From: Candidatus Micrarchaeota archaeon
Lineage (GTDB): Archaea; Micrarchaeota; Micrarchaeia; Anstonellales; JAGGVH01
NCBI GenBank assembly: GCA_021158105.1
Contig: JAGGVH010000038.1
Location: 11,387 to 75,386, forward strand
Direction of reading: 5' to 3'
Length of the DNA: 64,000 bases
Of the stretch, positions 8,539-18,639 are shown piece after piece. Under the pieces are notes generated by a model. That model was not told where the DNA came from. It saw only the letters and a list, made by a program, of their open reading frames with translations, and did not search any database. Numbering within the stretch: position 1 is the stretch's first letter; every line of letters starts with the position of its first letter. A program made the position numbers and the translations under genes.

Positions 8539-11441
8539 GGAAAAACTGCATGTTAAGTATTATACTTATAATAACACTCTTGACAATGTTAATGCTTGTC
8601 CATACTATGCACGCAACAGGTTATGAAATCTGCGACAATGGTATTGATGATAATGGTAACGGGGAAACTGACGAGTCAGACTGCATACCTGAAAGCATGA
8701 GCGATTATGTTAACAGGATATATTCTGAATGTCAATCAAACTGCTCATTCACTCCAGAATGTGAATACCTTGATATATGTAACTATACCCACAACCATTA
8801 TTGTGCATGGCCCGGTGAAATTGGACAAACATATACAATAACATTCGATGACGGAACTACTACAACTGTCTCAGATTGTGAGAATGATTGTACAGATGGT
8901 CATGATGATGACGGTGACGGGTTGATCGATTGTTCTGACCCGGATTGTATGGGCAGGGAATGTGATTGGTGTGTATTATATGATGATGAGACTCGGATAT
9001 ACTATGATGATGGAGGTATAGGACCTGGACTAGGAGTTGTTTATGCAGACGGTCGTAGAGTAGAAAGTCGGGTAGAAACTAGAATATGTACTGCTCCTGG
9101 CCAACGCAATAATAGTGAAAAAGGACATTGTGATGACAACTTTGATAATGATGGTGATGCATACAATCAACTGTACTACAAAGAAATTGGAACAGGATAT
9201 ATAATGATATATCCTCAATCCGCACCGGTTGACTGTGTAGACTCAGACTGTTATCTTGATCCAATTTGCTGCGGTGATCATGTTTGCAGACCGCACGAGC
9301 AATGCCCTGCAGATTGTGTTAATGAAACATGGTGTCATGATGGTGTTGACAATGACGGTGACCATTTGATTGACTGTGACGACCCTGACTGTAATTCATA
9401 CTTCTTATGCCAAGGGATACACTTTGAATGCCCAACTGGCAACTGCTCAGTTGACATGATTCATGAGATTGAACAGGGCAACCTGTTCCCGTTCAGTCCT
9501 GCGATCAACAGCATGTTAATGGACTGGAAACTTGTATCAGTAATCCTAATCATGTTAGCACTGGTCATCATTGCACTGATTTACATGGCAGGAACAACAT
9601 TCCAAAACCCGCAACTTATTGCGTTTGCAAAACATGAGCTTGGCCAGGTCATTGTGTCAGCAATCTTCTTAGCAATCATAATAGGTGTATTGTTATTATT
9701 AGAAGTTGTATCGTCATACGTCGGCGAACAGGTGTTCGGGTCAGAGTTTGTTTTCACGTCTAACATGAGCAAACATTTTACGATTGCACACATTTATATT
9801 GAGAATGTTAAGGACGTTGGTGTTACAAAGAGCATAGAACTGTTAAAAGAGAATGTTAAGCTTGGCAAACAGATGACACATAGGAAAGGATGGTCTTTGC
9901 AAACATATCCTTATATTTCATATTCCCAAGCACCTGATGCAGGATATAGAATGAAGTATGAAAGGAATAACCAGATCATGCAAGCATACTCTGGCATGAT
10001 TTCAGCATTGAGCGTCCAGGATGCAGTCCTGAGAGGGTTTGCATGGGTGATCGGCCCGTTGCTTATCATGCTTGGAATAATATTCAGGTCATTCTCGTTC
10101 ACGCGTAAGATTGGTGGCATGCTGCTCGCAGCAGGATTAGGTTTATTCTTTGTTTATCCGTTGACATACTCGCTTGCACTGTTTACTCTTGCAACAACAA
10201 TCTATGGCAATTCGCATGCCATGCCACCGCCCACTGACTGCCCAAGCGAATGCTTAATGGAGCTTCCTATTGCATACAACGGGTCAACAAAGTATTACCA
10301 AGAAGACCTGCTCAACCTAACACCGTCTGGCCATTTCTGGAACGACCCTGAAGCAAAAGAGCATATGAAGGATTTAGGATTAAAGTTCTGTGATGATAAC
10401 ATAACTGAAGGCGGATGTTGTCATAATGACATGTGCAATGATACTCAATCGTGCCCGCGGGAATGCAGGAACAAGCCTTTGATGGGCAACCAGTGCGGAT
10501 GCCCATTTGAAGGTTGCGGGAACTGTCCTGATGAATGTAAGATTGTAAGGAACATGAGCGCGTGCACAGACAGACAAACAAGGTTTGTTGAGGACTATTG
10601 CCCTCAAACATTATGCCCTGACGAGTGCAAAAAAGACATAACTGATGCAATAAACGGTAACGAAAGCGGGTGTGGGAATTGCCCGTGGATGTGCAGATGG
10701 CAAGATGATTCTACAACAGGGTGGAACATCTCAACAGACCCAATATGCAAAAATTATGCAAGTGATTGTATAGGGTGTGATGCTAAGTATAAAATGCCAA
10801 ACACAAATGTAATAGAAAAACAATGTGAAGACAACTGTACATGTCCACATTATGACAGGATATTACACGGAGATCACCCATTACCTGGCCACACAAGAAC
10901 AAATTGTGGCAGTTGTCCTGATGACTGCAAGTATGACATGCGTTTTGACCAGTGGCACTTCACATGCGAAGATGCATGCACCTACATTAACGAGACAACT
11001 GATGAAGAAGTAGTGTGTCCTGACGAGTGCAGGTTTGACGAGCAATACATGGCACCTGAATGTTTTGATAATGATTCAATAATCAAAGCATGTGAAAACT
11101 GTCCAAAGTATTGCAAGGTTATGGAAGTTAAACGAACACCGTGCTCAGCATGCATACAATGCAACAATGACTGCACACGAAAACCTGCAGTGCGCACTGA
11201 CTGTGCAGGGTCATGCTTAGCATATGAGGGCGAGTTTACATTAAACCCAGCAGTCCTGGTCAAAGACCTTAGCAAGGTTGCTGCTGACGGCGACCCTGAC
11301 CTGCAGGCAGCAGGGGTATTGATGGTGCCGGCATACATATTACCATTGTTTAATGTTATTTTAACATTAGCATTCATACGAGGGTTCTCCAAATATCTTG
11401 GTGGTGATTATGAAATCCCTGGGATTGAAAAGGTCATCTAA
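8535..11441 (+). CDS. Family member A3 fused to two large Cys-rich ectodomains (968 aa)
   Basis: Signal peptide. N-terminal domain with CxDGxDDDGDGLIDCSDPDC-type Asp/Cys repeats. Then TM + FQNPQLIAFAKHELGQ, core LGIIFRSFSFTRKIGGMLLAAGLGLFFVYPL, a second Cys-rich domain (CPDEC/CGNCP repeats) and a C-terminal TM + FIRGFSKYLGGDYE. Confidence 0.7.
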   Translation: MRKNCMLSIILIITLLTMLMLVHTMHATGYEICDNGIDDNGNGETDESDCIPESMSDYVNRIYSECQSNCSFTPECEYLDICNYTHNHYCAWPGEIGQTYTITFDDGTTTTVSDCENDCTDGHDDDGDGLIDCSDPDCMGRECDWCVLYDDETRIYYDDGGIGPGLGVVYADGRRVESRVETRICTAPGQRNNSEKGHCDDNFDNDGDAYNQLYYKEIGTGYIMIYPQSAPVDCVDSDCYLDPICCGDHVCRPHEQCPADCVNETWCHDGVDNDGDHLIDCDDPDCNSYFLCQGIHFECPTGNCSVDMIHEIEQGNLFPFSPAINSMLMDWKLVSVILIMLALVIIALIYMAGTTFQNPQLIAFAKHELGQVIVSAIFLAIIIGVLLLLEVVSSYVGEQVFGSEFVFTSNMSKHFTIAHIYIENVKDVGVTKSIELLKENVKLGKQMTHRKGWSLQTYPYISYSQAPDAGYRMKYERNNQIMQAYSGMISALSVQDAVLRGFAWVIGPLLIMLGIIFRSFSFTRKIGGMLLAAGLGLFFVYPLTYSLALFTLATTIYGNSHAMPPPTDCPSECLMELPIAYNGSTKYYQEDLLNLTPSGHFWNDPEAKEHMKDLGLKFCDDNITEGGCCHNDMCNDTQSCPRECRNKPLMGNQCGCPFEGCGNCPDECKIVRNMSACTDRQTRFVEDYCPQTLCPDECKKDITDAINGNESGCGNCPWMCRWQDDSTTGWNISTDPICKNYASDCIGCDAKYKMPNTNVIEKQCEDNCTCPHYDRILHGDHPLPGHTRTNCGSCPDDCKYDMRFDQWHFTCEDACTYINETTDEEVVCPDECRFDEQYMAPECFDNDSIIKACENCPKYCKVMEVKRTPCSACIQCNNDCTRKPAVRTDCAGSCLAYEGEFTLNPAVLVKDLSKVAADGDPDLQAAGVLMVPAYILPLFNVILTLAFIRGFSKYLGGDYEIPGIEKVI

Positions 11442-12513
11442 CATTAAACCTATAATAATGTTTATGCTGATTGTGACCAGTGTTAGCTTTGCAAGTTTTT
11501 GGGATTTATTCTTCTTCCCTATAAACAATTGGATGTTAGTGTCAACCATTGCAGTGTTATTATCAGGAGTGCTCTTAGCACTCACATACATGGTCGCACA
11601 ACTTATGAACAACCCTTATATGACAGCAGCAGTCAAGAATGAGCTTGTGCAATGGGCGATAACATCTTTCATTGTCATGGCGTTTGTTATAATACTTCCG
11701 TCCTTGCTGATGATAGTTGCTTCAGGAAGTTTATCTTTTGGACAGGAGTATACTCCACCAACTGGGTTAAGTGGTGAAGAAGTTGGACCGTCAGGTGTAC
11801 TTGTAACATATGTCCAATACGCTGCAGTAAACATAATCAATCAGACAACCGATAACCTCAAAAAATTAGCCAACAGTCTTGACCGTAGGATTCAAGAGGT
11901 CAGTGAACAATCTGCGATGACAGGAATATGCAACTTTTGGCAGGTAGGGTTTTCAATGAGTTTCTGTGGTGCGCTCGGTGCATTGCAAGGCCCGTTGACC
12001 AACGGGTTTAATGTTGTCAACATGGGAATCGCAGAACTTGAAATGTTAAAGGTGCTGGTTGTGATGGGTGGCAACATTGGACTGCTTATCCTGTTCCCTG
12101 CAGGCATAATCCTGCGAACATTTTCAATGACGCGCAAAACTGGCGGGATATTGATTGCATTGGGTTTGGCGCTCGGGATAATCTTACCATTGAGCGTAAT
12201 ATTCTTAAGGTTTACAGTTGACCAATACTATGCACATTACGGTGGGACTAGAATGTATCATGTCCCATATTTTTATGAACATGATGATGACACATGCGAC
12301 GAATTCTCTACAAACTATGACAAACACATGAAGGTTCCCATATATAGATATACTGATGAAGGTTTTCTGCTTAATGTGGCAGAACCGTTCATCTTAGAAT
12401 CTGTAATAATAACACTGGGCTCATTGTTTTTCACATTAACATTCATTACTTCAATGGGTGCACTGTTTGGTATGCCTGTTGACGTATCAGGACTTGTGAG
12501 GTTAGTGCAATGA
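11398..12513 (+). CDS. Family member A4 (likely start ATG 11410 after GGTGGTGA)
   Basis: NNPYMTAAVKNELVQW. Core FPAGIILRTFSMTRKTGGILIALGLALGIILPL. C-terminal LFGMPVDVSGLVRLV. Confidence 0.65.
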   Translation: MVVIMKSLGLKRSSNIKPIIMFMLIVTSVSFASFWDLFFFPINNWMLVSTIAVLLSGVLLALTYMVAQLMNNPYMTAAVKNELVQWAITSFIVMAFVIILPSLLMIVASGSLSFGQEYTPPTGLSGEEVGPSGVLVTYVQYAAVNIINQTTDNLKKLANSLDRRIQEVSEQSAMTGICNFWQVGFSMSFCGALGALQGPLTNGFNVVNMGIAELEMLKVLVVMGGNIGLLILFPAGIILRTFSMTRKTGGILIALGLALGIILPLSVIFLRFTVDQYYAHYGGTRMYHVPYFYEHDDDTCDEFSTNYDKHMKVPIYRYTDEGFLLNVAEPFILESVIITLGSLFFTLTFITSMGALFGMPVDVSGLVRLVQ

Positions 12514-13646
12514 AAAGGGTTATGATATTATTATTGATGATAAACATAACAAATGCAACATTCTGTGAAGTGCCAGAGGCAAACTCATGGCTGTTACCAG
12601 TGTTCATTGCATTATTCATTGGACTTTTGTTGTCAATCATTGGATACTTTGTAAGCTTATTCTTAAACTCTCCAAAAATGGCGGCATGGGCAAAGGTTGA
12701 AGTCAGTCATCTGGGTACTGCAGCGTTTGTTGCAATATTAATATATGGTGTGATGACATTTTCATGTGATAATAATGCAACACTGGTCTTAGGCGCGTCG
12801 TTCTGGCCCACACCATATAACGAATCGATAACTCCTCAAAACTTCTTTAATGCATCAGCAGACTACTTTGACGGAGTAGCAAATACATCTTATAAAGCAA
12901 TAAAAATGATGAGGTATAACTTAGCAGTGGCTTATGTTCGCGCGTCAATCAGCGCGTTCGGTTCACACCCGCACAGTGGTGGAGCATACGGAATAATACA
13001 ATTGTTGGGTGGGCCGTCAACGTCATGGTCAAAGTTCCCTGATGCTTATGTCCAGGTTTCAATGTTTCAGATGGTGCTGCGCACTGCAACTGTTGCATTC
13101 TTTAACATATTGTTCTTGAAAGCAGTGTTTTCATACATATCAACAGGCGTGTTAACAGTAATGCTGCCAGCAGGGATAGTACTCTATGCAATCCCGTTGA
13201 CAAAAAACATTGGTGGTGCACTCATAGCATTAGCAGTCGGCCTGTTTGTGTTCTATCCTGCAATGTTTGCAATATTAGACATTTATTGGCTACCGTATGT
13301 CCAGAGCGAATGGGAGGTTGCTGACGTTCCAACATTAACAGAAGTTACAGGGTTTACATCCCACATTGCACTCAGTGACTTAGTAAGTGCTGACGTGTGG
13401 GACTGGTGCAAACAACCTGAATATATCTACCCAGTAGGCACATATTCAACATGCGACAGCGGTGATACTGGATTTAATAATTGTTATATAAGAATTTATG
13501 ACTTTATGAGTTATACAGGAATATTGACATTGTCAACAGTATTCTTCCCATACCTTGCAATAATCGTGGCGGGCGCATTGACAAGGGAAGTATCAAAAAT
13601 CATGGGGCAGGAGCTTGACATAACACGACTGGCAACCATGTTGTAG
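12510..13646 (+). CDS. Family member A5
   Basis: LNSPKMAAWAKVEVSH. Core LPAGIVLYAIPLTKNIGGALIALAVGLFVFYPA. C-terminal TREVSKIMGQELD. 4-nt overlap with the upstream gene. Confidence 0.65.
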   Translation: MKRVMILLLMINITNATFCEVPEANSWLLPVFIALFIGLLLSIIGYFVSLFLNSPKMAAWAKVEVSHLGTAAFVAILIYGVMTFSCDNNATLVLGASFWPTPYNESITPQNFFNASADYFDGVANTSYKAIKMMRYNLAVAYVRASISAFGSHPHSGGAYGIIQLLGGPSTSWSKFPDAYVQVSMFQMVLRTATVAFFNILFLKAVFSYISTGVLTVMLPAGIVLYAIPLTKNIGGALIALAVGLFVFYPAMFAILDIYWLPYVQSEWEVADVPTLTEVTGFTSHIALSDLVSADVWDWCKQPEYIYPVGTYSTCDSGDTGFNNCYIRIYDFMSYTGILTLSTVFFPYLAIIVAGALTREVSKIMGQELDITRLATML

Positions 13647-13648
13647 AA

Positions 13649-14746
13649 TTGGGTGGTGAGATGAGGAAGGCATTATTGTTTTTGTTTGTGCTCGGAACAG
13701 TACTGTTTGCACAGGTTGACACAGGCGTAGAATTTAACCAGACAGGTAACGTTTCAACAATGTTGGGGATCAATACACCACCCGGCAGCAGTAGTTATGG
13801 GTGGGCATTGTATGCAATCCTATCATTATTCTTTGTCCTCATGCTTGCTGCGATAGTTTATATGTTAGGAAAATCGTTCAATATACCACAGGCAGAAGCA
13901 TGGGCAAAGGTTGAATTATTAAACATCTTTGGCTCGTTCTTGTTGCTCATTATGATATTAGTAATATTGAACGCAATATATTCAGTGTTTATGGGTTCAA
14001 TGCTGCAAGGCAGTGCATACTGTTTAAAAGAGGGGTATGACGGCAATCATACTATGGACTTTGCAATGTGTAAGGTGCAGGCGCAGATTACTACGCTTGA
14101 CAACCTATGGGCACAGGCTAATGAAGCCAACAAACCACAAGAGGTTGAAGCATCAACATGTTATTCATTATGGGGGCTTACATTATGGTGCGGGGATTGG
14201 TACGGTGACCTGAGGCAGAGGATCGAATCTGCACATTATGTCGGCACAAAAGTTTTAGGGTTGCTGATCCCGTTGCACGCAGAATTTGTCTTGATGCGGT
14301 ACATTGCACAGAACATGTTGGCAGTGTTCTTGCCACTGGGAATCGTACTGCGATGTTTTCCGCCAACCCGTGGACCGGCAGGGTTATTGATTGCGATGAG
14401 TATAGGATTATACTTTGTGTTCCCAGCATTAAACTTTGTCCTTGACCCGTCAACCACACAACCACAGATTGACCAGCCAATAACAAATCAAAAGACTGAT
14501 TATGCATGTTTCCAGGGGTTTAAGAATACCATAACACAAATACAGTATGAAACAGACGTTGAACAGTCACAAATAATGACATATTCCTATGAACAGGCGG
14601 CTGACATAATCGCAGATATTACAATAACAGGACTGTTCTATCCGATGGTGGCGTTTGCGGGTGCTGTGATGTTTATTTATGTCACTGCACCGTTCTTCGG
14701 TGGTGAAGTCATGGACTTCTACAGAGTAGTCAGTAAGATGGTATAG
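13649..14746 (+). CDS. Family member A6 (possible start ATG 13661 after GGGTGGTGAG)
   Basis: FNIPQAEAWAKVELLN. Core LPLGIVLRCFPPTRGPAGLLIAMSIGLYFVFPA. C-terminal FFGGEVMDFYRVV. Confidence 0.65.
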   Translation: MGGEMRKALLFLFVLGTVLFAQVDTGVEFNQTGNVSTMLGINTPPGSSSYGWALYAILSLFFVLMLAAIVYMLGKSFNIPQAEAWAKVELLNIFGSFLLLIMILVILNAIYSVFMGSMLQGSAYCLKEGYDGNHTMDFAMCKVQAQITTLDNLWAQANEANKPQEVEASTCYSLWGLTLWCGDWYGDLRQRIESAHYVGTKVLGLLIPLHAEFVLMRYIAQNMLAVFLPLGIVLRCFPPTRGPAGLLIAMSIGLYFVFPALNFVLDPSTTQPQIDQPITNQKTDYACFQGFKNTITQIQYETDVEQSQIMTYSYEQAADIIADITITGLFYPMVAFAGAVMFIYVTAPFFGGEVMDFYRVVSKMV

Positions 14747-14754
14747 GTGGTATC

Positions 14755-17700
14755 ATGAAAAGATTATTGATCATTGGACTGTTGGTTGTTATGTTTTTTA
14801 TATTGGGCTGTGGCAACAAGCCGGCCTATGTGCCGTGCTGTGTTAATGTCAGTGATACAATTACTTGTTATTATGGTGAAGACCATTTCACAGTCGACCC
14901 TGCGAACTGTACAGGTGAAGGAGTTAACATGACATGCAATGCAACAAACATTGACATCAACGGGACATTAATGAATTTTACTAACATGCGCGCATGCAAC
15001 ACTGGCAAGGAAAACCCGTGCGTTCACCACGGGTGTTATGCAATGGTGTGCGGGGAAAGTTATTATGACCCGAGGGAAGACCCGAGCTATTGTATGCTTG
15101 TCAAGAATCAGACTATAACACCTAACACTAATGCACCAACTGGGCTGTACGGGTCAAAGTGTGCATTCTATGAACTTGATGAGATTACACAAAAAAAACT
15201 TAACAAGGGCGCATGGGTCAATTCGTTCCGCGCAGGAGTTGGAGAAAATTATGATGACTTTGAAGAGGCGAAGTGGTATTTCCCAATAACTGACAGGTTG
15301 ACTTATGCAAACCCGTCAGGGTTTGTTGACAGGTATGCAAACTATCTTCCAGGTAGGCAGAGTCCGTGGTTTCATAAGAAGGAAGATTTTGTAAATATCA
15401 TAAAATTCCAAACCGGTGCAGGCCTGTGCGAACTTAACACTTCGCTCAATGCTTATGTGTGCGCGCTTGAACCAGACATAAAAGTTTACTTGGACGCATA
15501 CCATGGTGCAAAAGGCACTGCACAGGCATGGTGCAACCATCTATGTTTTCACATGACACAGAATAATGTGTCAAAGTGCACTGCAGATGTTCCAGAGGGA
15601 TGGCGGGCACCATGGTTAGCTACATCATACATATATTATCCTGGGGGTATTAATGATTATCCTGATTTTAATACTACAATTCCAGAGTATAGCTTCACTT
15701 TACCTTATTTATATAGAAATTATACAGGATTTGAATATGTAGAGTTCTGGGCATGGGGATATGAAAATGAATTGGAGAAGGGAATGGTGAGGACATCTAT
15801 CGGAGTGGGAGATGACGGTGACCCCTACTACGAGAACACCAGCGGTTGGACAGACGGAAAAGGCACACCGCACATCGGCATGCCATTTGAATGCCTTAAA
15901 CACAGCGACTGCATATCAGGACACTGCACGTGGAATGAATATAAACGGTTCTCATGTGTTGATAAAAATACTGGCAAGGAGATTGACTGCGGGATTGAAC
16001 TTGATTATGAAGACAAGCCAGTGTTCAGAACAATTCAGACTTATGTAAGATGGCATAAATATAATGATTGGGAGGACACCGAGGAAGATGTGGTGGGGGG
16101 TTTGGCAAACGGTGATACCACACTAGTTTCACAAGGCTGCCCACCAAGGGAAAGTGGCGGGGGTTGTGATGATATTACAACTGTTGATGTTGATGAACCG
16201 TTAGTTCCTGGTTCTTCAGGAGTTGTAGAATTCAGAACAAATGAAGACCCTCACAATTTAAAATTTATTAAAGCATGTAATATGACAGAAGGAACGGATT
16301 ATGATTATGAAGTGATAAGTTATGACCATAAAGACTGGATTGATGATCCTCATGAAGGAAACATGTGGGCAGAAGTTTGTTATAATTTAATACCTTATTG
16401 GTGGCAATGCAGAGATTGGTTGGATAATGAGTGGGATAGTAGTGATTATTGTAGTTTTCCATCAAATTATGTTGCAGGAAACTGTGATTTAATACCACAT
16501 TCCACCCATATTTGCGATGCAGATACAAATACAGGGGGGTGGTGTAGTTCAACCAGTCCCATATGGGCTGGGTGTCACCCTTACTCAGGTGATTTAACTG
16601 TGTGTAGTATATGTAATAGACATAGTTGTAAAATGTATGCTAACACATATTGTAAAGTCTATGATAATATATTAAATTCATACGTTCCAGGGAGTTATGA
16701 AAAGGAAAGTGGACAATGTGATGGATGGCAGGACGTTCACGGCCGTTTTGCACGGTATAAAGTTATTATCCATTCATTCGGCAGATGTGAAATGGAGAAC
16801 AAAAGTATTGAAGGCGAAGATAAAACAGTTGTAAAGGTTAACAAGTTTGGATGGTGCGAACCTGCAACATTCTTAGGGTTTGTAGTTGATTATTTGCCAC
16901 TTAATGATATTACTATAACAACAAATGGTGGGGATACTCCCTCAATTGAAAATGAAGATGCAGAAAAAGTAACAGATTATTTTGACAAGATTGCAAATTA
17001 CCAAAAGAATAATTTGATACCTGTCTTATTCTTAGAAGATGTAACAAAAGGATATTCATATTTTCATAATGCTGGGGAGAAATATTTTTCTACACTTTAT
17101 GAAATCCCAGACTATTGGTGTGGTGTGTGGACCAATACTGAATGGGGTTGTGGAAAAAATAATGTACATGTAGCTATGAAAGAAAGTGGATATAATTGGG
17201 GAACATGTAATACTGATTGTGGGAAAGTGAAAGGAACATTTAAATATGAATGCCAACCAACAATGTGGTTTACAAATGAAGTTGACCCATTAAGTTTTGA
17301 AACAGATGATAAACCATTCACATCAGGACATGCAGACAATATATGGGATAATAATCAACACATTTCAACATGGCATAAAAAGTGCACGACTGAACCACAC
17401 CCATTATTTCCAACAACCGGTGCAGCAATTATTGTTGTTGACAGGTTTAAACCCCATGGAAGTGGAAATAGAGATAATATTAACGAATCAATAGAGAGAG
17501 CACGGTTTGTTAAAAAGGAATGCCCATTATGCCTAACTGGTATTTATGTCGGCCAGAAGCACGGTACACAAGAAGGGATAAACAACAGAAAAAAATCTAT
17601 AGACTTATTGTTCAATTACGACCCAACAACAGAGAGGTATGATCATATGGTATCATCAGCATTTGACGTTGTCCTTCTTGAAATGCCTTCAAATGAAGGA

Positions 17701-18639
17701 ATAACTGAAAACAACTTTGCTGAGATGCTCAACGTTTCTAAACATCTTGTCCGCGCATTCAACAAACCATCAATCTGGGTGTTCTCAGAATCAAGCGCGC
17801 CTCCTGACTACGAATACCTGTTTGCTCACCAGCGCGAGCTGACAGATTCAGGAGTTATAGGGATAATCCACCTGCCATGGAAAAAGAATGGTGGGAGCAG
17901 CATTTACATGAACAAACCTGACAAAGGCACAACGTTCTGCTCATTCCAGAAAGGTGCCAATAAACTGATAAGGGTCAAGGTTGACTCAAATTATATGAAA
18001 GTTACAGCAATGAACAACACAGGATGCGAATGCCAACCGTGTGAACCAACAGAAATCTCAGCAGGCGTGTGCAATCCGATATGCGCTGACGGAAAATACT
18101 GTGACGGTTACACACCGGGCGCAGACGTCAAATGCTCAAGCGGCGGGGTGTGCGCACGAATGCAGAACTGCACACCGTGCACCAACATGACACAGTATTT
18201 GAGAGAACATGATGTTCCAGACCCGCACAACCCAGTTCATCATGGCCCGATAAACAATGTCAAGTATAACTGTTCAATACTCACGCCAAACGGTTCAGTA
18301 GTTGAAGGACCGAAAGGCAACTTTGACAATCTTTCAATACTATGGCCCGACGTGATTGCTTCACTACCGGATAGTTTTAGGTGTTGTGTTGTTGAGCCGC
18401 AGACACGGTCTCCTGTAACATTTATAAAGCAAAGTTACTCATCAACTGATAGCGAACTTGACATCTGGAACAGAAAAGCTGACGACGCAGTTGAATGCGG
18501 CAAACCACCGTCCGGCACAAACTGCACATGGTGCCAGGAGGTGCCGACTTTACCGATTGATAAGGGTGAACTGATATGCAACGTGATAGTGGAAAGGGAA
18601 AGCGGAAACGAAGTAATAGAACATGGAGAAGCATATTAA
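14755..18639 (+). CDS. Giant (1294 aa) Cys-rich secreted protein with lipobox-like signal (ILGCG)
   Basis: N-terminal hydrophobic signal ending LGC. About 90 Cys spread over the whole length and many NxS/T sequons. No TM after the signal. Shine-Dalgarno TAGGTGGTA precedes the ATG. Confidence 0.7.
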   Translation: MKRLLIIGLLVVMFFILGCGNKPAYVPCCVNVSDTITCYYGEDHFTVDPANCTGEGVNMTCNATNIDINGTLMNFTNMRACNTGKENPCVHHGCYAMVCGESYYDPREDPSYCMLVKNQTITPNTNAPTGLYGSKCAFYELDEITQKKLNKGAWVNSFRAGVGENYDDFEEAKWYFPITDRLTYANPSGFVDRYANYLPGRQSPWFHKKEDFVNIIKFQTGAGLCELNTSLNAYVCALEPDIKVYLDAYHGAKGTAQAWCNHLCFHMTQNNVSKCTADVPEGWRAPWLATSYIYYPGGINDYPDFNTTIPEYSFTLPYLYRNYTGFEYVEFWAWGYENELEKGMVRTSIGVGDDGDPYYENTSGWTDGKGTPHIGMPFECLKHSDCISGHCTWNEYKRFSCVDKNTGKEIDCGIELDYEDKPVFRTIQTYVRWHKYNDWEDTEEDVVGGLANGDTTLVSQGCPPRESGGGCDDITTVDVDEPLVPGSSGVVEFRTNEDPHNLKFIKACNMTEGTDYDYEVISYDHKDWIDDPHEGNMWAEVCYNLIPYWWQCRDWLDNEWDSSDYCSFPSNYVAGNCDLIPHSTHICDADTNTGGWCSSTSPIWAGCHPYSGDLTVCSICNRHSCKMYANTYCKVYDNILNSYVPGSYEKESGQCDGWQDVHGRFARYKVIIHSFGRCEMENKSIEGEDKTVVKVNKFGWCEPATFLGFVVDYLPLNDITITTNGGDTPSIENEDAEKVTDYFDKIANYQKNNLIPVLFLEDVTKGYSYFHNAGEKYFSTLYEIPDYWCGVWTNTEWGCGKNNVHVAMKESGYNWGTCNTDCGKVKGTFKYECQPTMWFTNEVDPLSFETDDKPFTSGHADNIWDNNQHISTWHKKCTTEPHPLFPTTGAAIIVVDRFKPHGSGNRDNINESIERARFVKKECPLCLTGIYVGQKHGTQEGINNRKKSIDLLFNYDPTTERYDHMVSSAFDVVLLEMPSNEGITENNFAEMLNVSKHLVRAFNKPSIWVFSESSAPPDYEYLFAHQRELTDSGVIGIIHLPWKKNGGSSIYMNKPDKGTTFCSFQKGANKLIRVKVDSNYMKVTAMNNTGCECQPCEPTEISAGVCNPICADGKYCDGYTPGADVKCSSGGVCARMQNCTPCTNMTQYLREHDVPDPHNPVHHGPINNVKYNCSILTPNGSVVEGPKGNFDNLSILWPDVIASLPDSFRCCVVEPQTRSPVTFIKQSYSSTDSELDIWNRKADDAVECGKPPSGTNCTWCQEVPTLPIDKGELICNVIVERESGNEVIEHGEAY

